Virus record (IMG/VR): IMGVR_UViG_3300025015_000001
Length of the DNA: 64,000 bases
Direction: 5' to 3' (one strand)
DNA from: a virus
Shown here: positions 10,773 through 22,145 of the stretch, in pieces
Layout: each line of letters starts with the position of its first letter
Position numbering within the stretch: the stretch's first letter is position 1
The notes under the pieces: generated by a model
Database searches by the model: none
The model's input: only the letters and a program-made list of their open reading frames with translations
What the model was told of the DNA's origin: nothing
Program-made: the position numbers and the translations under genes

Positions 10773-11780
10773 ATGTCTACTTATGGATCAGGTGTATATG
10801 GAAGTGGTACGTATAGCTTAGGAGAATCTATTGCTATAAGTAGAATCCGGATATTTAAATCTATTAATGATAAAGTAACCAACTTTCAAGTACTAGCAGA
10901 TAAGGAAAGAATATTATTATATTGGGATCCTATTAGTAGAAGTATACCATTCAAAGCTTTAGCTGTGGATGGTAATGACATACACCTATCTACTATAGTA
11001 GATGTGGGTGATAGTACATATCCGTATGATACGTTTACTGTAGCGGCTTCTGCTGGAGTAAGTAGTATAGACGACATATACAATAATAGTAATATTATAT
11101 TTTTTACTGGTATGAATTTTGGGTCTCCACCAAAGAAAATAAAAGATTACGCAGGAAGTAGTAGAACATTTACTACTGATAAATTAGAGTTCCCTATTGC
11201 TACCGGAGACAGGTTTGGTTTGGTGGAGAGCATGGGGTTAATTGATGACTCTTTGATGTATGTCGGTAGTACTATAACTTATACAGATAGTGAGCATACT
11301 CTTACTAACTATGATAGCAGCACAAAAACCTTTACTGTATCTGGTGGGTTAACACTACTCCCCGGAGAAAATTTCGTATTAACAAATGCATACTATCCTA
11401 AACTATATATTAGCAAGAATAAAGGTGAGACCTTTGATGTTAGTGCACATTTAACTTATATGGTGTCTGCGCTCCCAACGGGAACTTTACTAGAGAGTAA
11501 CTATTATTACAATTCTTTTAGAGACGAAAATTCTACATTGCTAAATATTACTGATCCTGTATTTTATATAGGGTCAGTAATAACATTTATTACTGGGGTT
11601 AACAAAGGCTTGTCAAGGACAGTAAGAAATTTTGATATGAATACAAGAGAATTCACCACGGATTATTTTCCTAATATCATAGAAATAGGAGATGTCTTTT
11701 CGGTAAACACATTCAGTTTGCCTTTGGTTAGTGATATTGAGAATTACTTGTTTAAAATGATACTTACTAACGGAATTTAA
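10773..11780 (+). CDS. Baseplate/tail appendage protein with repeated beta-sandwich module
   Basis: Two clear copies of FxTGxNxG...I.DY...FTTD.F...I..GD.F. Confidence 0.5.
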   Translation: MSTYGSGVYGSGTYSLGESIAISRIRIFKSINDKVTNFQVLADKERILLYWDPISRSIPFKALAVDGNDIHLSTIVDVGDSTYPYDTFTVAASAGVSSIDDIYNNSNIIFFTGMNFGSPPKKIKDYAGSSRTFTTDKLEFPIATGDRFGLVESMGLIDDSLMYVGSTITYTDSEHTLTNYDSSTKTFTVSGGLTLLPGENFVLTNAYYPKLYISKNKGETFDVSAHLTYMVSALPTGTLLESNYYYNSFRDENSTLLNITDPVFYIGSVITFITGVNKGLSRTVRNFDMNTREFTTDYFPNIIEIGDVFSVNTFSLPLVSDIENYLFKMILTNGI

Positions 11781-11807
11781 CTACTACTAAACGTAGTGCA
11801 GCAGGGG

Positions 11808-13841
11808 GATATGGCGACTCACAGTGTTATACTAGTATGGCAAGATAATTCTCTCGATGAGGATGGATTTAAAATTGAGAAGAGCTCTGATGGTGTATCA
11901 TGGGTGCAAATAGACACAGTAGCCCCCAGTGTAAATACATATACCGCTACCGGTATAATAGATGGGGAACCTATTTATTTTAGAGTAAAAGCATTTAATA
12001 CGGGAGGAGATTCTGGTTATTCTAATGTTGCGTCCGCCACTTTTACATGGCAACCTATACTTGGCACTGAGACTGTAACCTACCCAGCAGTAAGCACACA
12101 GAATTATCTTACTACACTTAATAATGGTTATTGGGATACTAATCTAAATACAAATGTGTACAGTTTGGTGCATAGTGTTACAAAAGAAGGGCATGCTAGA
12201 GCTGAGATAGAGGTAAAAGATCAAGTTTCTGATTTTGGGATAGAGACAGTTAGAGATATAAAACTTTATAATAACTTTGGTATAAACTTTGGTTTTGAAA
12301 AAAATACAAATACTTCTTATATACGATACAGAAAAAGTATTATGGATTTAATTTCTGGATTTAGAAACACAGGAACCACAGAGGGATTATATAATATTGT
12401 AAGAGCATTTTATAGGATTACCCCACAAATTGAATCGTTAGCACAAACTGGGTGGAGGTACGGGAGAAATAGGTTAGGTTACGCACAATCAGCGCAGTCA
12501 TTAACTGTTACTGCGGTACCGATTGGGCCAGAGAGATATTATACTTTTACTACATCTTCATCTGGGTTGGATGTGGATCACACTGGTGATTATATAGCAT
12601 TTGTATCTGTTCCAACTGGGGTTGTGTTTAATCAATCATTGTATGGTGAGATGTTTTCTGTTATAAACTATAGTACTAGTGGTGGTAATGCAACATTTAC
12701 TATTGAATCTATTGACTATGAAATACCTGTAGGTGCAGTAGTACAATTATTTAATACAGATACATCTACCAATTTTAATACATCACCACACAGCACATTA
12801 TCATATACATTTGGGGCTAGAGTAACAGTGCACGGGCCATACTTAGATGATACTGATAAAACATCATTTGAAACATTGTTACGTAAGTTTATGCCACTTC
12901 ATGTAGACTATATAACAACCTATCAACCTATTGTCTTAGGAGAATCTTCATGGGATAAGTGGATGGGGGATAAGACTAATCTGGAGGTCAATTATGAGAC
13001 TAACACTTTAGTACCAGTAGTTGATAGCTTATTAGAATATAGTAGACTTTCAGATAATTTTAACAGTACAGTAACCACTGTAGTTAGTGGTGACTATGTT
13101 TTTACTGGGGATAATATCACTACTAAGTACAATTATTATAAGAATAAAGATATCCTATTTTTAACAGGAAATAACGCCGGAATAAGCAAGAGAGTACTGA
13201 GCTACTTGGGTGGAGAAAAACAGTTCACAACTGACTCATTCCCATATACAATAATGCCAGGAGATATATTTAGGGTAGAACATATAGCGTATCAAACAAA
13301 GTATGTCACACCATTAATTAATATACAACCAGTTGAATTAGGGATAAATTTGACTAATTCTCTATACACTTTTGGGTGGTTTACTAGAAAGTTGGATCCT
13401 GCTATAGAGGAATATCTATATATAGAATCTAGTGATGATGGAGTCATATACACACTTCCCAGAAGAGTACAGCAGAATGAAAGGTTGAACACGACAGTAG
13501 ATGGTACTGTAACTGTAGGAATTGGTTCCTACCCATATAATACATTTACTATTTCTGCAAGTGGTTTAAATCACTTAAGTAATATTGATGATTATTATGC
13601 GGGAAGTTATTTAAAATTTACTACTGGAGTAAATGCAAGTTATTACGAAAAAATATTATCATATGATGCGACTACTAAGGTAGTAGTAACAGATACGTTT
13701 AGTTCTCTTATAGATACTGGAGATAATTTTACAATTATAACAACAGATATTAAGCAATATGTTCGAGTAACTGCATATCACAATAAATTAAAAAATAAAA
13801 ATGATATAGAGATAGAGAGTATTGTTATTAAAGTTATTTAA
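11808..13841 (+). CDS. Fn3 plus baseplate wedge (gpI/gp7-like) protein
   Basis: N-terminal Fn3, then YRKSIMDLISGFRNTGTTEGLYNIVRAF and LLRKFMPLHV, typical of tail-protein-I-like wedge proteins. Confidence 0.6.
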   Translation, partial: DMATHSVILVWQDNSLDEDGFKIEKSSDGVSWVQIDTVAPSVNTYTATGIIDGEPIYFRVKAFNTGGDSGYSNVASATFTWQPILGTETVTYPAVSTQNYLTTLNNGYWDTNLNTNVYSLVHSVTKEGHARAEIEVKDQVSDFGIETVRDIKLYNNFGINFGFEKNTNTSYIRYRKSIMDLISGFRNTGTTEGLYNIVRAFYRITPQIESLAQTGWRYGRNRLGYAQSAQSLTVTAVPIGPERYYTFTTSSSGLDVDHTGDYIAFVSVPTGVVFNQSLYGEMFSVINYSTSGGNATFTIESIDYEIPVGAVVQLFNTDTSTNFNTSPHSTLSYTFGARVTVHGPYLDDTDKTSFETLLRKFMPLHVDYITTYQPIVLGESSWDKWMGDKTNLEVNYETNTLVPVVDSLLEYSRLSDNFNSTVTTVVSGDYVFTGDNITTKYNYYKNKDILFLTGNNAGISKRVLSYLGGEKQFTTDSFPYTIMPGDIFRVEHIAYQTKYVTPLINIQPVELGINLTNSLYTFGWFTRKLDPAIEEYLYIESSDDGVIYTLPRRVQQNERLNTTVDGTVTVGIGSYPYNTFTISASGLNHLSNIDDYYAGSYLKFTTGVNASYYEKILSYDATTKVVVTDTFSSLIDTGDNFTIITTDIKQYVRVTAYHNKLKNKNDIEIESIVIKVI

Positions 13842-13855
13842 TCGGGGGGGTATGT

Positions 13856-16444
13856 ATGAAAGGTACACGTTATTTAAATGGTGTTCTTGCTACACAAGAA
13901 CATTTACAAACTTCAGATAATTCTAAAACAGCTGGAATTAAAGAACGCTTTGGGACAGTCGCAGGTAAAGGCATTGTTAATGAGGACGGTGTTAGTGGTC
14001 CTTTATACCTCTACCCAGCCCCAACCGCCTCTGTCATCAATGTAACTGCTGGGGAGGCATATACTGATTTTAATATTGATAGTGCTGATGAGATGTACAC
14101 TGGAAGTGGGGAACGTATTTATGTCCCCTCTGCATTGACAAATATTAGTAGACGGTTAACAGCAGAGGACACCTATGTGTACCTTGTATACATAGAAATA
14201 CATAAAAATAGAGAGGCGGATGAGGCTGGGGTTAACTACTATACTAAAAAAGAGGATGGGTATGTTATAGCCCAATTATCTACTGGGGAGCATAATCAGG
14301 TAGCTACTACTGGTATAGAATCTGACTGGACGGCGGTTAATCACTCCGCGATAACATCATTAACTCAAGAGGAACTTGGGGATACATTCGGTGCTGGTAA
14401 GTACACAGACGTACCATCCCCAAGAGTTAGGGTGTCTGTTACAAAATATAATTCTGTATTTTTAGGAAGAATTTTAGTCAGTCCAGCAAATACTGTAGAT
14501 GGTAGTGGCCGCACTAAGTTTACATTAGATAATGATGTTATAGATGTAAGCAGTATATTACAGAGTGCACAAACTGCACATGTTAGGGAAGAACATTCTA
14601 CTGGAATTATAGGTAGTCATAGTGCATACCAATGTTTTATAGACGCCAGTGTAACTACAGATAAGATAGTTATTATAGATTTATTATCAGATGAATATGC
14701 TTTTATTAAGGGAAATAGAGTTGGTATAAATGATCTTCCTCTGGCAGAGAGAGAAATTTTAATGGCTGATTTTGCAACCACTAATACATATTATATCTAT
14801 TTAAAATATAATGAGACAACTAATGAGTTAACTTCTGAAATCAGTATCGCATACCCAACAGATGGTACTGGGTATGGAGTTTTGATTTTGGGGTCTGTGT
14901 ATGCAGATACTACTACCCCAAAGATTTCTGCGTTTAATGGAGACAAAAGATACGATGCTAGTATCTCTACAAATCCTATAACTGATTTAAGAGTTTTCGG
15001 TACGATGGGGGCGGATAGACTTAGTGATGATGGCAAGAATAGTTTTAATGGAGATAGCCTAATAGTCAATGGGGACTTTGAGGAAGGTACTATTGGGGGG
15101 CTTCCTACTGGATGGATTGGTACAGGTACTTTAGATAGTTCTTTAGATGCTGGGCGTAAAGTCCTTAAATTAACTCCAGGACAATATGTTATTTCTGCTC
15201 CTATCCCTTTTAATAGTAACAATATTTATCAAATAAAAGCAGTAGTAAAAGGGGCTACTAGTGAATCATTTTTTTCTTCCTATATTAGAGGCTATCCAAG
15301 TAAAGATTATATAGCCGCAGAAGTTAATGCTGATGCAACATACCCGATTAACATAGGGTATAACTATGCGTTCTATAATGGGGCAGTAACTACTTCTTGG
15401 GCATCATTAGCGGGGGATATTTTATTAGCTAACTGGACGTATACCACACCAGCTTATGGTGGGAATCACACTTCAGCAGATCTGCCTAATATAAAATATG
15501 CCAGAGTAGTACTTAGAAATGAATCCGGGGCGGCGCAAGCTATTTATATAGACAATATAAAACTTATAGATAAAAACGGAGTAACTGCTACTGCTGCTGA
15601 GTTGAATTTAACTGCATCTGCTACATCCTCTAATACAGCGAATACTTTAGTTAAACGTGATGGTAGTGGCAATTTTTCTGCTGGAACTATTACCGGTAAT
15701 ATCACGGGTAATGCAGCTACCGTAACTACCAATGCTAATTTGACTGGTCATGTTACTTCTGTGGGTAACGCTACAGCACTTGGAAGTTTTACTCTTGCAC
15801 AATTGAATACAGCAATATCTGACGCTGATATTGCTGTCTCATCTAATTTCCATAAAATGAGAGTTTTTACAAGCAGTACATCCTGGGATGCCGCTACTGA
15901 TGCTCCTGGGATTGTGAGTTTTGTGGTAATAGGTATAGGGGGTGGTGGTGGTGGGGGTTACTCTGGACAGACCAGTGGCTATGCTGGTGGGGGTGGTGGC
16001 GGAGCCTATTGGCACGGGACTGTTACCACTGCGGGGGCGTCACCCATTAGTGTTGTTATTGGAGCTGGTGGGCCTGGCGGAATCTTCGGTACTCCCAATG
16101 GAACAAGTGGCGGAACAACTTCTTTTAATGGGAATGACTTAGCTTACGGTGGGGTTGGCTGTGGGCAGGCTTCTGATAGAGATTATGGTGGGGATGGGGG
16201 GACCGTAGGAGCTATCATTCCGGGATGGTCGCTCGGTAGCTCAGGGACAACTGGTGGTAACGCTAACCCTGGTGTAGCTCATGGAGCTGGTGGGAACGCT
16301 GCCAGAGACTTCCCAGCAACTTTTGCTGGATTTGGTGGTGTTGCTGTTGGTGCCGATGGAAAGCTTTATGGTGGGGGCGGAGCTGGTGGGGTCACTAGTG
16401 ATGGTGGGGATGGAAAACAGGGTATTGTTATAGTCATGTGGTAA
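13856..16444 (+). CDS. Long tail fibre / receptor-binding protein
   Basis: 862 aa with a CBM-like LIVNGDFEEG...GW domain, an NTANTLVKRDGSGNFSAG fibre motif and a glycine-rich C-terminal domain. Confidence 0.8.
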   Translation: MKGTRYLNGVLATQEHLQTSDNSKTAGIKERFGTVAGKGIVNEDGVSGPLYLYPAPTASVINVTAGEAYTDFNIDSADEMYTGSGERIYVPSALTNISRRLTAEDTYVYLVYIEIHKNREADEAGVNYYTKKEDGYVIAQLSTGEHNQVATTGIESDWTAVNHSAITSLTQEELGDTFGAGKYTDVPSPRVRVSVTKYNSVFLGRILVSPANTVDGSGRTKFTLDNDVIDVSSILQSAQTAHVREEHSTGIIGSHSAYQCFIDASVTTDKIVIIDLLSDEYAFIKGNRVGINDLPLAEREILMADFATTNTYYIYLKYNETTNELTSEISIAYPTDGTGYGVLILGSVYADTTTPKISAFNGDKRYDASISTNPITDLRVFGTMGADRLSDDGKNSFNGDSLIVNGDFEEGTIGGLPTGWIGTGTLDSSLDAGRKVLKLTPGQYVISAPIPFNSNNIYQIKAVVKGATSESFFSSYIRGYPSKDYIAAEVNADATYPINIGYNYAFYNGAVTTSWASLAGDILLANWTYTTPAYGGNHTSADLPNIKYARVVLRNESGAAQAIYIDNIKLIDKNGVTATAAELNLTASATSSNTANTLVKRDGSGNFSAGTITGNITGNAATVTTNANLTGHVTSVGNATALGSFTLAQLNTAISDADIAVSSNFHKMRVFTSSTSWDAATDAPGIVSFVVIGIGGGGGGGYSGQTSGYAGGGGGGAYWHGTVTTAGASPISVVIGAGGPGGIFGTPNGTSGGTTSFNGNDLAYGGVGCGQASDRDYGGDGGTVGAIIPGWSLGSSGTTGGNANPGVAHGAGGNAARDFPATFAGFGGVAVGADGKLYGGGGAGGVTSDGGDGKQGIVIVMW

Positions 16445-16463
16445 TTATAAAAAGTGGATTTAA

Positions 16464-16946
16464 ATGAAAACTTTTGCTATCATACAAAATAATTGTGTTA
16501 TTAATTTTACCCACGTAGAAGATAAGCCAAAATACACCAGATGGTATTTACGCGGTAGAAGTAACAAATAAAAATATTTTATTAGGGACTATTTATAATG
16601 AAACTTCAAATTCTTTTGGTGATATTGACTCTACGTATTTAGCTAATACAAAAATTGGTAAAAAACACAGGTAAAAATATTTGCGGCTGATAAGATTTCA
16701 ACACTATGTCCAGAATATAAGCAGCGCAATCTCTTAGCACGTTCTACAGAATTGTTAGGTAAAAAGGTGGCACTTTCACTGACTGTAATTGAAGAACAGG
16801 AATTACGAGATAATCAGTCACTGTGGAATAAAATAGAAGCTATGAGAGAAGCCTCAAATTTAATAGAAGCTAGGATAAATAGTCTTCAAACAGTAGAAGA
16901 GATACAGAACTATGATATAGCTAATAATCCGCTATGGCCTGAATAA
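16464..16946 (+). pseudogene. Tail fibre assembly chaperone-like gene with two compensating frameshifts
   Basis: MKTFAIIQNNCVINF... shifts at the A4 run (16529-16532) into TPDGIYAVEV..., then at the A6 run (16660-16665) into KTQVKIFAA...NNPLWPE. May be sequencing error. Confidence 0.6.
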
Positions 16947-16958
16947 TTTTTTTTGTAC

Positions 16959-16987
16959 TTGCATTTTATAAAAAATTTGTGTATACT
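16959..16987 (+). promoter_or_regulatory. sigma70-type promoter
   Basis: TTGCAT-17 nt-TATACT with TG immediately upstream of the -10. Confidence 0.7.
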
Positions 16988-17024
16988 ATTGTTAGTAGTA
17001 TATCTCATTTTAAGGAGCACGAAA

Positions 17025-18260
17025 TTGGCTAACCGTGGTACTGATGGCTTTTATAGCAGTGAAGAAATGGAGTTGATTAAAGAGTTACTTAATAAAGAAT
17101 ATGCCTATAGAGAGGTGGCCGAAGAGGTATCTATGCGGCTAAGTGTGGCGAGGACTAGGAATGGGATTAGAAAACATGTGAATAGAAATAGAAATTACTA
17201 TGATAAACCGTTTAAGAAAACGGAGAAGAAAGTAGTTTCTGTAGAAGAAAAAATAGATTTTGAAAAAGAAGTAGAAGACGATATCATACAAAGGCGCTTG
17301 CGAGATGATAAAAAGAACACTGATCAGAAGTACAAAATACTTTTGAGTAGAATAGATAAGGTAGAAAAAGAACGAGATGCTTTACTACAACTAGGGCAAA
17401 ACTTTAAAACCTATTCAATAGAGCATGATACAATGCTAAAATCAGAGGCCACTGCATTTATGCTGGCATCAGATTGGCACATAGCAGAAAGAATTGATTC
17501 CCATAAGGTAAATGGACTTAACGAATATAATCTAACAATTGCCAAGAAACGTGCTGAAACATTCTTTAGAAATGGCCTTAGATTACTTAAACTACAACAA
17601 AGAGACGTTACGATAAACACTCTTGTCTTAGCTTTGCTGGGGGATTTCATTTCAAATAATATCCATCCGGAGTTGATGGAAAGCAACTATCTTCTTCCCA
17701 TTGAAGAGGCTATATTTGTACAAAATTTGTTAGCTTCTGGTATAGAGTTTCTATTAGAAGATAAATCATTAGAACATATAATTGTCCCATGCCACTCAGG
17801 TAATCATGGCCGTCAAACAATTGACAGAAGAATATCTACTGAAGCTGGTAATAGTTTAGAGTATTTTATATACCATCAGATAGCCAACCATTTTAGAAAT
17901 GAACCGCGTGTTACTTTCCTTATTGCAGAAGGTTACCATTCCTATATAGACGTGTATTCATACAAAGTTCGTATGCATCATGGTCACTGTATTCAATACA
18001 GCGGTGGGATTTTAGGACTATCTGTACCTGTTAATAAAGCAGTTAGTCAGTGGGATAAATTACAAAGGGCGGACCTTGATTGCTTTGGGCATTATCATAG
18101 CTTCTTAGACGGCGGTAAATTTATATCTAATGGAAGTTTAATAGGCTACTCACCTTTTGCTCTTTCAATTAAAGCAAATTTTGAGCCACCAAAACAAGCA
18201 TTTTTTCTAATAGATAAAAAAAGATTTAAAACAATTGTAGCCCCAATACTTTTTGTATAG
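17025..18260 (+). CDS. HTH plus calcineurin-like metallophosphoesterase
   Basis: SDWH, LGD, GNHG, HGH and GHYH motifs. The probable start is TTG 17025 after AAGGAG; the track start at 16953 overlaps the promoter. Confidence 0.85.
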   Translation: MANRGTDGFYSSEEMELIKELLNKEYAYREVAEEVSMRLSVARTRNGIRKHVNRNRNYYDKPFKKTEKKVVSVEEKIDFEKEVEDDIIQRRLRDDKKNTDQKYKILLSRIDKVEKERDALLQLGQNFKTYSIEHDTMLKSEATAFMLASDWHIAERIDSHKVNGLNEYNLTIAKKRAETFFRNGLRLLKLQQRDVTINTLVLALLGDFISNNIHPELMESNYLLPIEEAIFVQNLLASGIEFLLEDKSLEHIIVPCHSGNHGRQTIDRRISTEAGNSLEYFIYHQIANHFRNEPRVTFLIAEGYHSYIDVYSYKVRMHHGHCIQYSGGILGLSVPVNKAVSQWDKLQRADLDCFGHYHSFLDGGKFISNGSLIGYSPFALSIKANFEPPKQAFFLIDKKRFKTIVAPILFV

Positions 18261-18265
18261 GAGGT

Positions 18266-18580
18266 GTGATGGATAAACCTGATGGTGGTCTTGATATAGT
18301 TAGCACAGAGATTAACCAGAAAAAGAATGACTTTACTATTAAAATTTTATTTAAAGATAATAAAAATAATTTATGGGTGCTGCCCACATGGTTTACTTAT
18401 GGGCATTTAACACCATTTAGTTATGAGTTATGGGAGCAAGAGGTGCATAGTATTTTAGAAAAGAGAAAGTTTAAACTTACATTAGATACAGAACAGCTTA
18501 AACTTTGTTACGCTATGCAGCCAATACCTAAAATTGCTGTAGAAGAACTTATCACCATAAACACTAAGGTCTATTATTAA
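18266..18580 (+). CDS. Hypothetical protein
   Basis: ORF with GGAGG RBS in an operon context. Confidence 0.5.
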   Translation: MMDKPDGGLDIVSTEINQKKNDFTIKILFKDNKNNLWVLPTWFTYGHLTPFSYELWEQEVHSILEKRKFKLTLDTEQLKLCYAMQPIPKIAVEELITINTKVYY

Positions 18581-18599
18581 ATAGATGTAGGAGGATAAA

Positions 18600-19001
18600 A
18601 TGAATAAATTATTACTTATATTTATGCTATTATTTATTCCTGTTACTGGATTTTGTAAGGAAATAAAAGCGCCTGAAAAGGTGGTTAAAGAATTTTATGC
18701 TAGTATAAGACAGCAAGATGATGCTTCTTTAGAAAAAGCATATGCAATGTTAGCTAAGAATCATACGGTATTAGATATAGATACATTTAAACATGTTGTA
18801 TTATCTTTTAGTAAAGATATGACCGTGACTATAGTAAGCAAGAAAATAGTAAGTTCCTACGCGATAGTCACTATTAAGTGTACAGTACCATCATATGTTG
18901 GTGGGGCACTTGAAGTATTATCGGATGTTCATCTGATTCTTGATAAGGATACTGACTCATGGGGGATACGATTAGATGCTGATGCGGAGAGTGATATTTA
19001 A
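18600..19001 (+). CDS. Exported NTF2-like/DUF4878-like protein
   Basis: Signal peptide followed by PEKVVKEFYASI...AYAML. Confidence 0.5.
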   Translation: MNKLLLIFMLLFIPVTGFCKEIKAPEKVVKEFYASIRQQDDASLEKAYAMLAKNHTVLDIDTFKHVVLSFSKDMTVTIVSKKIVSSYAIVTIKCTVPSYVGGALEVLSDVHLILDKDTDSWGIRLDADAESDI

Positions 19002-19443
19002 TTATATAATAGTTGCTTGCCTGCAATTCAATACATCGATAGCTTCTATCCCCAAATACTCACAGCTATCTGATGTTAGTGAAAAACTTTCTATAGAACA
19101 TCATAATAAGGCACTGTACTACGATGAAGAGGGAATTTTTGATAGAGCTTCAGTAGAATACAAAAAAGCATTACTACACAATCCAGATAATATTAATAGT
19201 CTTTTTAACTTGGGATTAATTTATTTAAAAGTAAATAACCCAGCAGAAGCGGTAGTTATTTTAAAAAGATTAATATTATTGGCACCATACGACTATGAAG
19301 CATATAATTTACTGGGTATCGCTTATAGTGGTGTTGGAGATAAATCTGCTGCTATAGACATATGGAATAAATCTTTACTGATAAATAAAGAGCAACCTGA
19401 TGTATTGAATATGCTTAATGAATTTACTAAACTTAGTAAGTAA
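18976..19443 (+). CDS. TPR-repeat protein
   Basis: About three TPR units (LFNLGLIY, AYNLLGIAY). Confidence 0.85.
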   Translation: MLMRRVIFNYIIVACLQFNTSIASIPKYSQLSDVSEKLSIEHHNKALYYDEEGIFDRASVEYKKALLHNPDNINSLFNLGLIYLKVNNPAEAVVILKRLILLAPYDYEAYNLLGIAYSGVGDKSAAIDIWNKSLLINKEQPDVLNMLNEFTKLSK

Positions 19444-19449
19444 AGGTGA

Positions 19450-20022
19450 ATGATGGGGTATACAGAAGATGTAGCAGAAGAGACTATAGAGTATAGTACA
19501 GACAAAATTCAGGTGGAGCTATTTGAGGATAGAAAAATAATACTCAACGGTGATGTAACAAACGATATCATATATACTATTTTTCACAATATGGAGCTAA
19601 TGAAAAAGGATAGTAAGAAGAGTCCAATTCACCTTTATATCAATTCTTCTGGTGGGGATATTACTACTGCATTTTTTGTCATTTCATATATCTTGTCTTC
19701 TACAACCCCTGTGTATACTTACTGTATGGGTATGGCTGGAAGTGCCGCTGCTTTTCTATTAGTTAGTGGGCATAAAAGATTCGCTTATAAGTACTCAAAC
19801 GTCATGCTTCATTTGGTTCGTATGGAAGGGGAAGTTTCAACTAAAAGAAAAGATCTTATGGCCCAAGGGCATGGATTAAAATTACTAGACGATAGCATCT
19901 ATGATTTACTTGTTAGTAAAACCAACATGACTAAACACAAGCTTAGAAATAAAATGGAGACAGATTGGTATATCAGTGCTAAAGAAGCCCTTAAGTATGG
20001 TATAATAGATGATATTCTTTAA
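19450..20022 (+). CDS. clpP: ClpP-like protease subunit
   Basis: IHLYINSSGG, GMAGSAAA (Ser), MLH (His) and DWYISAKEALKYGIID. Confidence 0.9.
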   Translation: MMGYTEDVAEETIEYSTDKIQVELFEDRKIILNGDVTNDIIYTIFHNMELMKKDSKKSPIHLYINSSGGDITTAFFVISYILSSTTPVYTYCMGMAGSAAAFLLVSGHKRFAYKYSNVMLHLVRMEGEVSTKRKDLMAQGHGLKLLDDSIYDLLVSKTNMTKHKLRNKMETDWYISAKEALKYGIIDDIL

Positions 20023-20899
20023 TAATATCTATTATTAGTTTCCCAATATTTACCTTCTTTTCCGCATGAGGTTGGGGAAAGTCTTTGTGTAGAACAATAG
20101 TATTTAGGAGCACCCATAGAATTTAATTCTTTACTGCATTTAGCAAATCTAGAATCTTTATCATAGGGCACATAATATTTACAGTTTCTACATCTTCTGA
20201 TCTCAGTCAATGATTTCTCCTTAAATATTTGTATTATACTCCTGGTTTTATCTCTTCAGTTGATCTTTTAAATTCACTTTTTTGTTCTTCGCTTCTTAGA
20301 AATACCCCACACTCTTCACAGTAATAATTAAAATATGTTTTGTACTGTCTACCGCCGTCTTCTAGTACTATAGGAATAACGGATGAGGACTCAGTGCTAT
20401 TTTTTAGACAATTACAAACTGGACAATATAACTGCATATCTACACTCCTATTTATGTTTTTTTGATTTAAAAAATATTTTATTATGTGTAACACAATCTA
20501 TGTAAGGAGCTAGATCTCCTATAGATAAAAAAGATTTAACTAATAGATTTGTTAGTGCCCTCATTTCTATCCCATGATCAGGAGACTTAGTTACTTGACG
20601 TATTATCTTATTGAGATGATACTGTTTTATTGGCATTTATTCCTTCCTATTAAGTTTATTTACTTATACAAAGATAGCTAAAGTATGCCGCTTTTCTTTA
20701 GCTTTTCCACTAGGCTATCCTTATCTGTTTTAATATAGTCATCAAACAGTAAATCAGTTATAAGTTTTTTATTTTTAGTAAATTCTAACAACATATAGCG
20801 TTTACCCAAACCAACTCCTATTTTTATTCCGTAGTACATACCAACCAATAATGCTAAAGTAAGTATTAGCATCTCAAATATTATTGTATACCAATTCAT
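20019..20899 (-). CDS. Cluster of four small hypothetical ORFs (20019-20210, 20234-20494, 20448-20636, 20678-20899)
   Basis: Abutting minus-strand ORFs; two are Cys-rich and one has a TM segment. Confidence 0.55.
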
Positions 20900-20917
20900 A
20901 CAAACCCCCCTAATAAT

Positions 20918-22009
20918 TTATAGTCGAGGATCTATTTCTCTTGCACCGTAGTCTACCGCCATGCAGGCTATTATGAATTTATGATAAGCTTCAAATTTAT
21001 CGGGATTATTTAGATAAACTTTAAGAGCATTATCACTTAGTATAGTCTCATAATAAGCAATTTTCATTTTTCTATCTAGTCTTCTATTATGTTTTAATTT
21101 TTCTAATATTTCAGGTTCTTGATAATTAGCTCCATATATTATTTTGAGGTAGTCGCTACTTCGTACTTTTAGTTGTTGCTGTGGATATTTTGTGTTAGAG
21201 TATTGATGTACATTATTATATTTCAATACGAATCCTTCATATTTAAATTTATCTGTAATAGTATACCATAAAGAATTTAATATGTCAAGTTGATCTTTAC
21301 TAATAACTTCTGAAAATACGTATTGATAATAATTTTTGTTTTCAAAAATACTGCCCAAAGCTACCAGGTGTTCTTTATGAGTTTTATATACATTTTTGCC
21401 CATTCTATTTCCTATAGCTAATATAAAGAATGGAGCTATTCTAATATTATCTATGTTAACATCCCAACAATATCTTTTAATCACTTCGATATAGTCTTTT
21501 AAATTGCTGATATCATTATTTAAGTTAGCATCATTTAGATAGTTGTTTAGTTCTTTTTTAGTGACTAGACCGCTGTATCCTGCTAGTAAAAAATCTTCTT
21601 CTACTAATCCTGCGGCTTTAAAATTCCAAGGAAGTACTTCCGCATCTATACATATAAAATCCTCCTCTATCTTTTCAAATATATCTTTATTCATTTGATC
21701 TAGTAATGGTTCATATTCTTTACCAAAAAAAGTAAATCCATTTCTAGACCACGCCACAGACTCACCGTCCCTCCAAAATGCAAATGTACATCGACTACCC
21801 ATGTGCTTTACTTCAGCAATCAACTCAGTACTAGGCTCATCTGAATTATTAAACATCCATTCCGCAGTAGTAATAGGATCCTCCATATATTGAGGGAGGT
21901 CTGATACTGGACCTGGACACATTGTCGGTGACAACCATATAAGTTTATTTGGTGGTATTGTTTTTGTTGATAGCTTATTTATAATGTCTTGTACTATTTC
22001 AATTTTCAT
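20918..22009 (-). CDS. Pnkp-type RNA ligase domain (stand-alone)
   Basis: LIWLSPTM, EVKHMGSR, IDAEVLPW, APF, EGFVLK and LKVRSSDYLKIIYGANY match the C-terminal ligase of bacterial Pnkp. Confidence 0.9.
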   Translation of the reverse strand: MKIEIVQDIINKLSTKTIPPNKLIWLSPTMCPGPVSDLPQYMEDPITTAEWMFNNSDEPSTELIAEVKHMGSRCTFAFWRDGESVAWSRNGFTFFGKEYEPLLDQMNKDIFEKIEEDFICIDAEVLPWNFKAAGLVEEDFLLAGYSGLVTKKELNNYLNDANLNNDISNLKDYIEVIKRYCWDVNIDNIRIAPFFILAIGNRMGKNVYKTHKEHLVALGSIFENKNYYQYVFSEVISKDQLDILNSLWYTITDKFKYEGFVLKYNNVHQYSNTKYPQQQLKVRSSDYLKIIYGANYQEPEILEKLKHNRRLDRKMKIAYYETILSDNALKVYLNNPDKFEAYHKFIIACMAVDYGAREIDPRL

Positions 22010-22145
22010 TAGTAAGCTCCTTTACTTCTTGTCTAAGTTTTCCTTTTAATTTATTACGGTTCTGCTTATCATATTTACTATCCATAACTCCAGCCGAGTT
22101 TCTAAATTTAGCAGCTTCTACTAGTGGATTTCTAATTTTTATTTT

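Noticed and set aside
16464-16946. Programmed frameshifting or true pseudogenisation of the fibre chaperone
   Set aside because: Both shifts are in A-runs and compensate each other, and similar shifts occur elsewhere, so sequencing error is the simpler explanation. It cannot be settled without reads.
16953-17024. N-terminal hydrophobic extension of the phosphoesterase in the ORF track
   Set aside because: It overlaps a sigma70 promoter; an RBS-supported TTG start lies at 17025.
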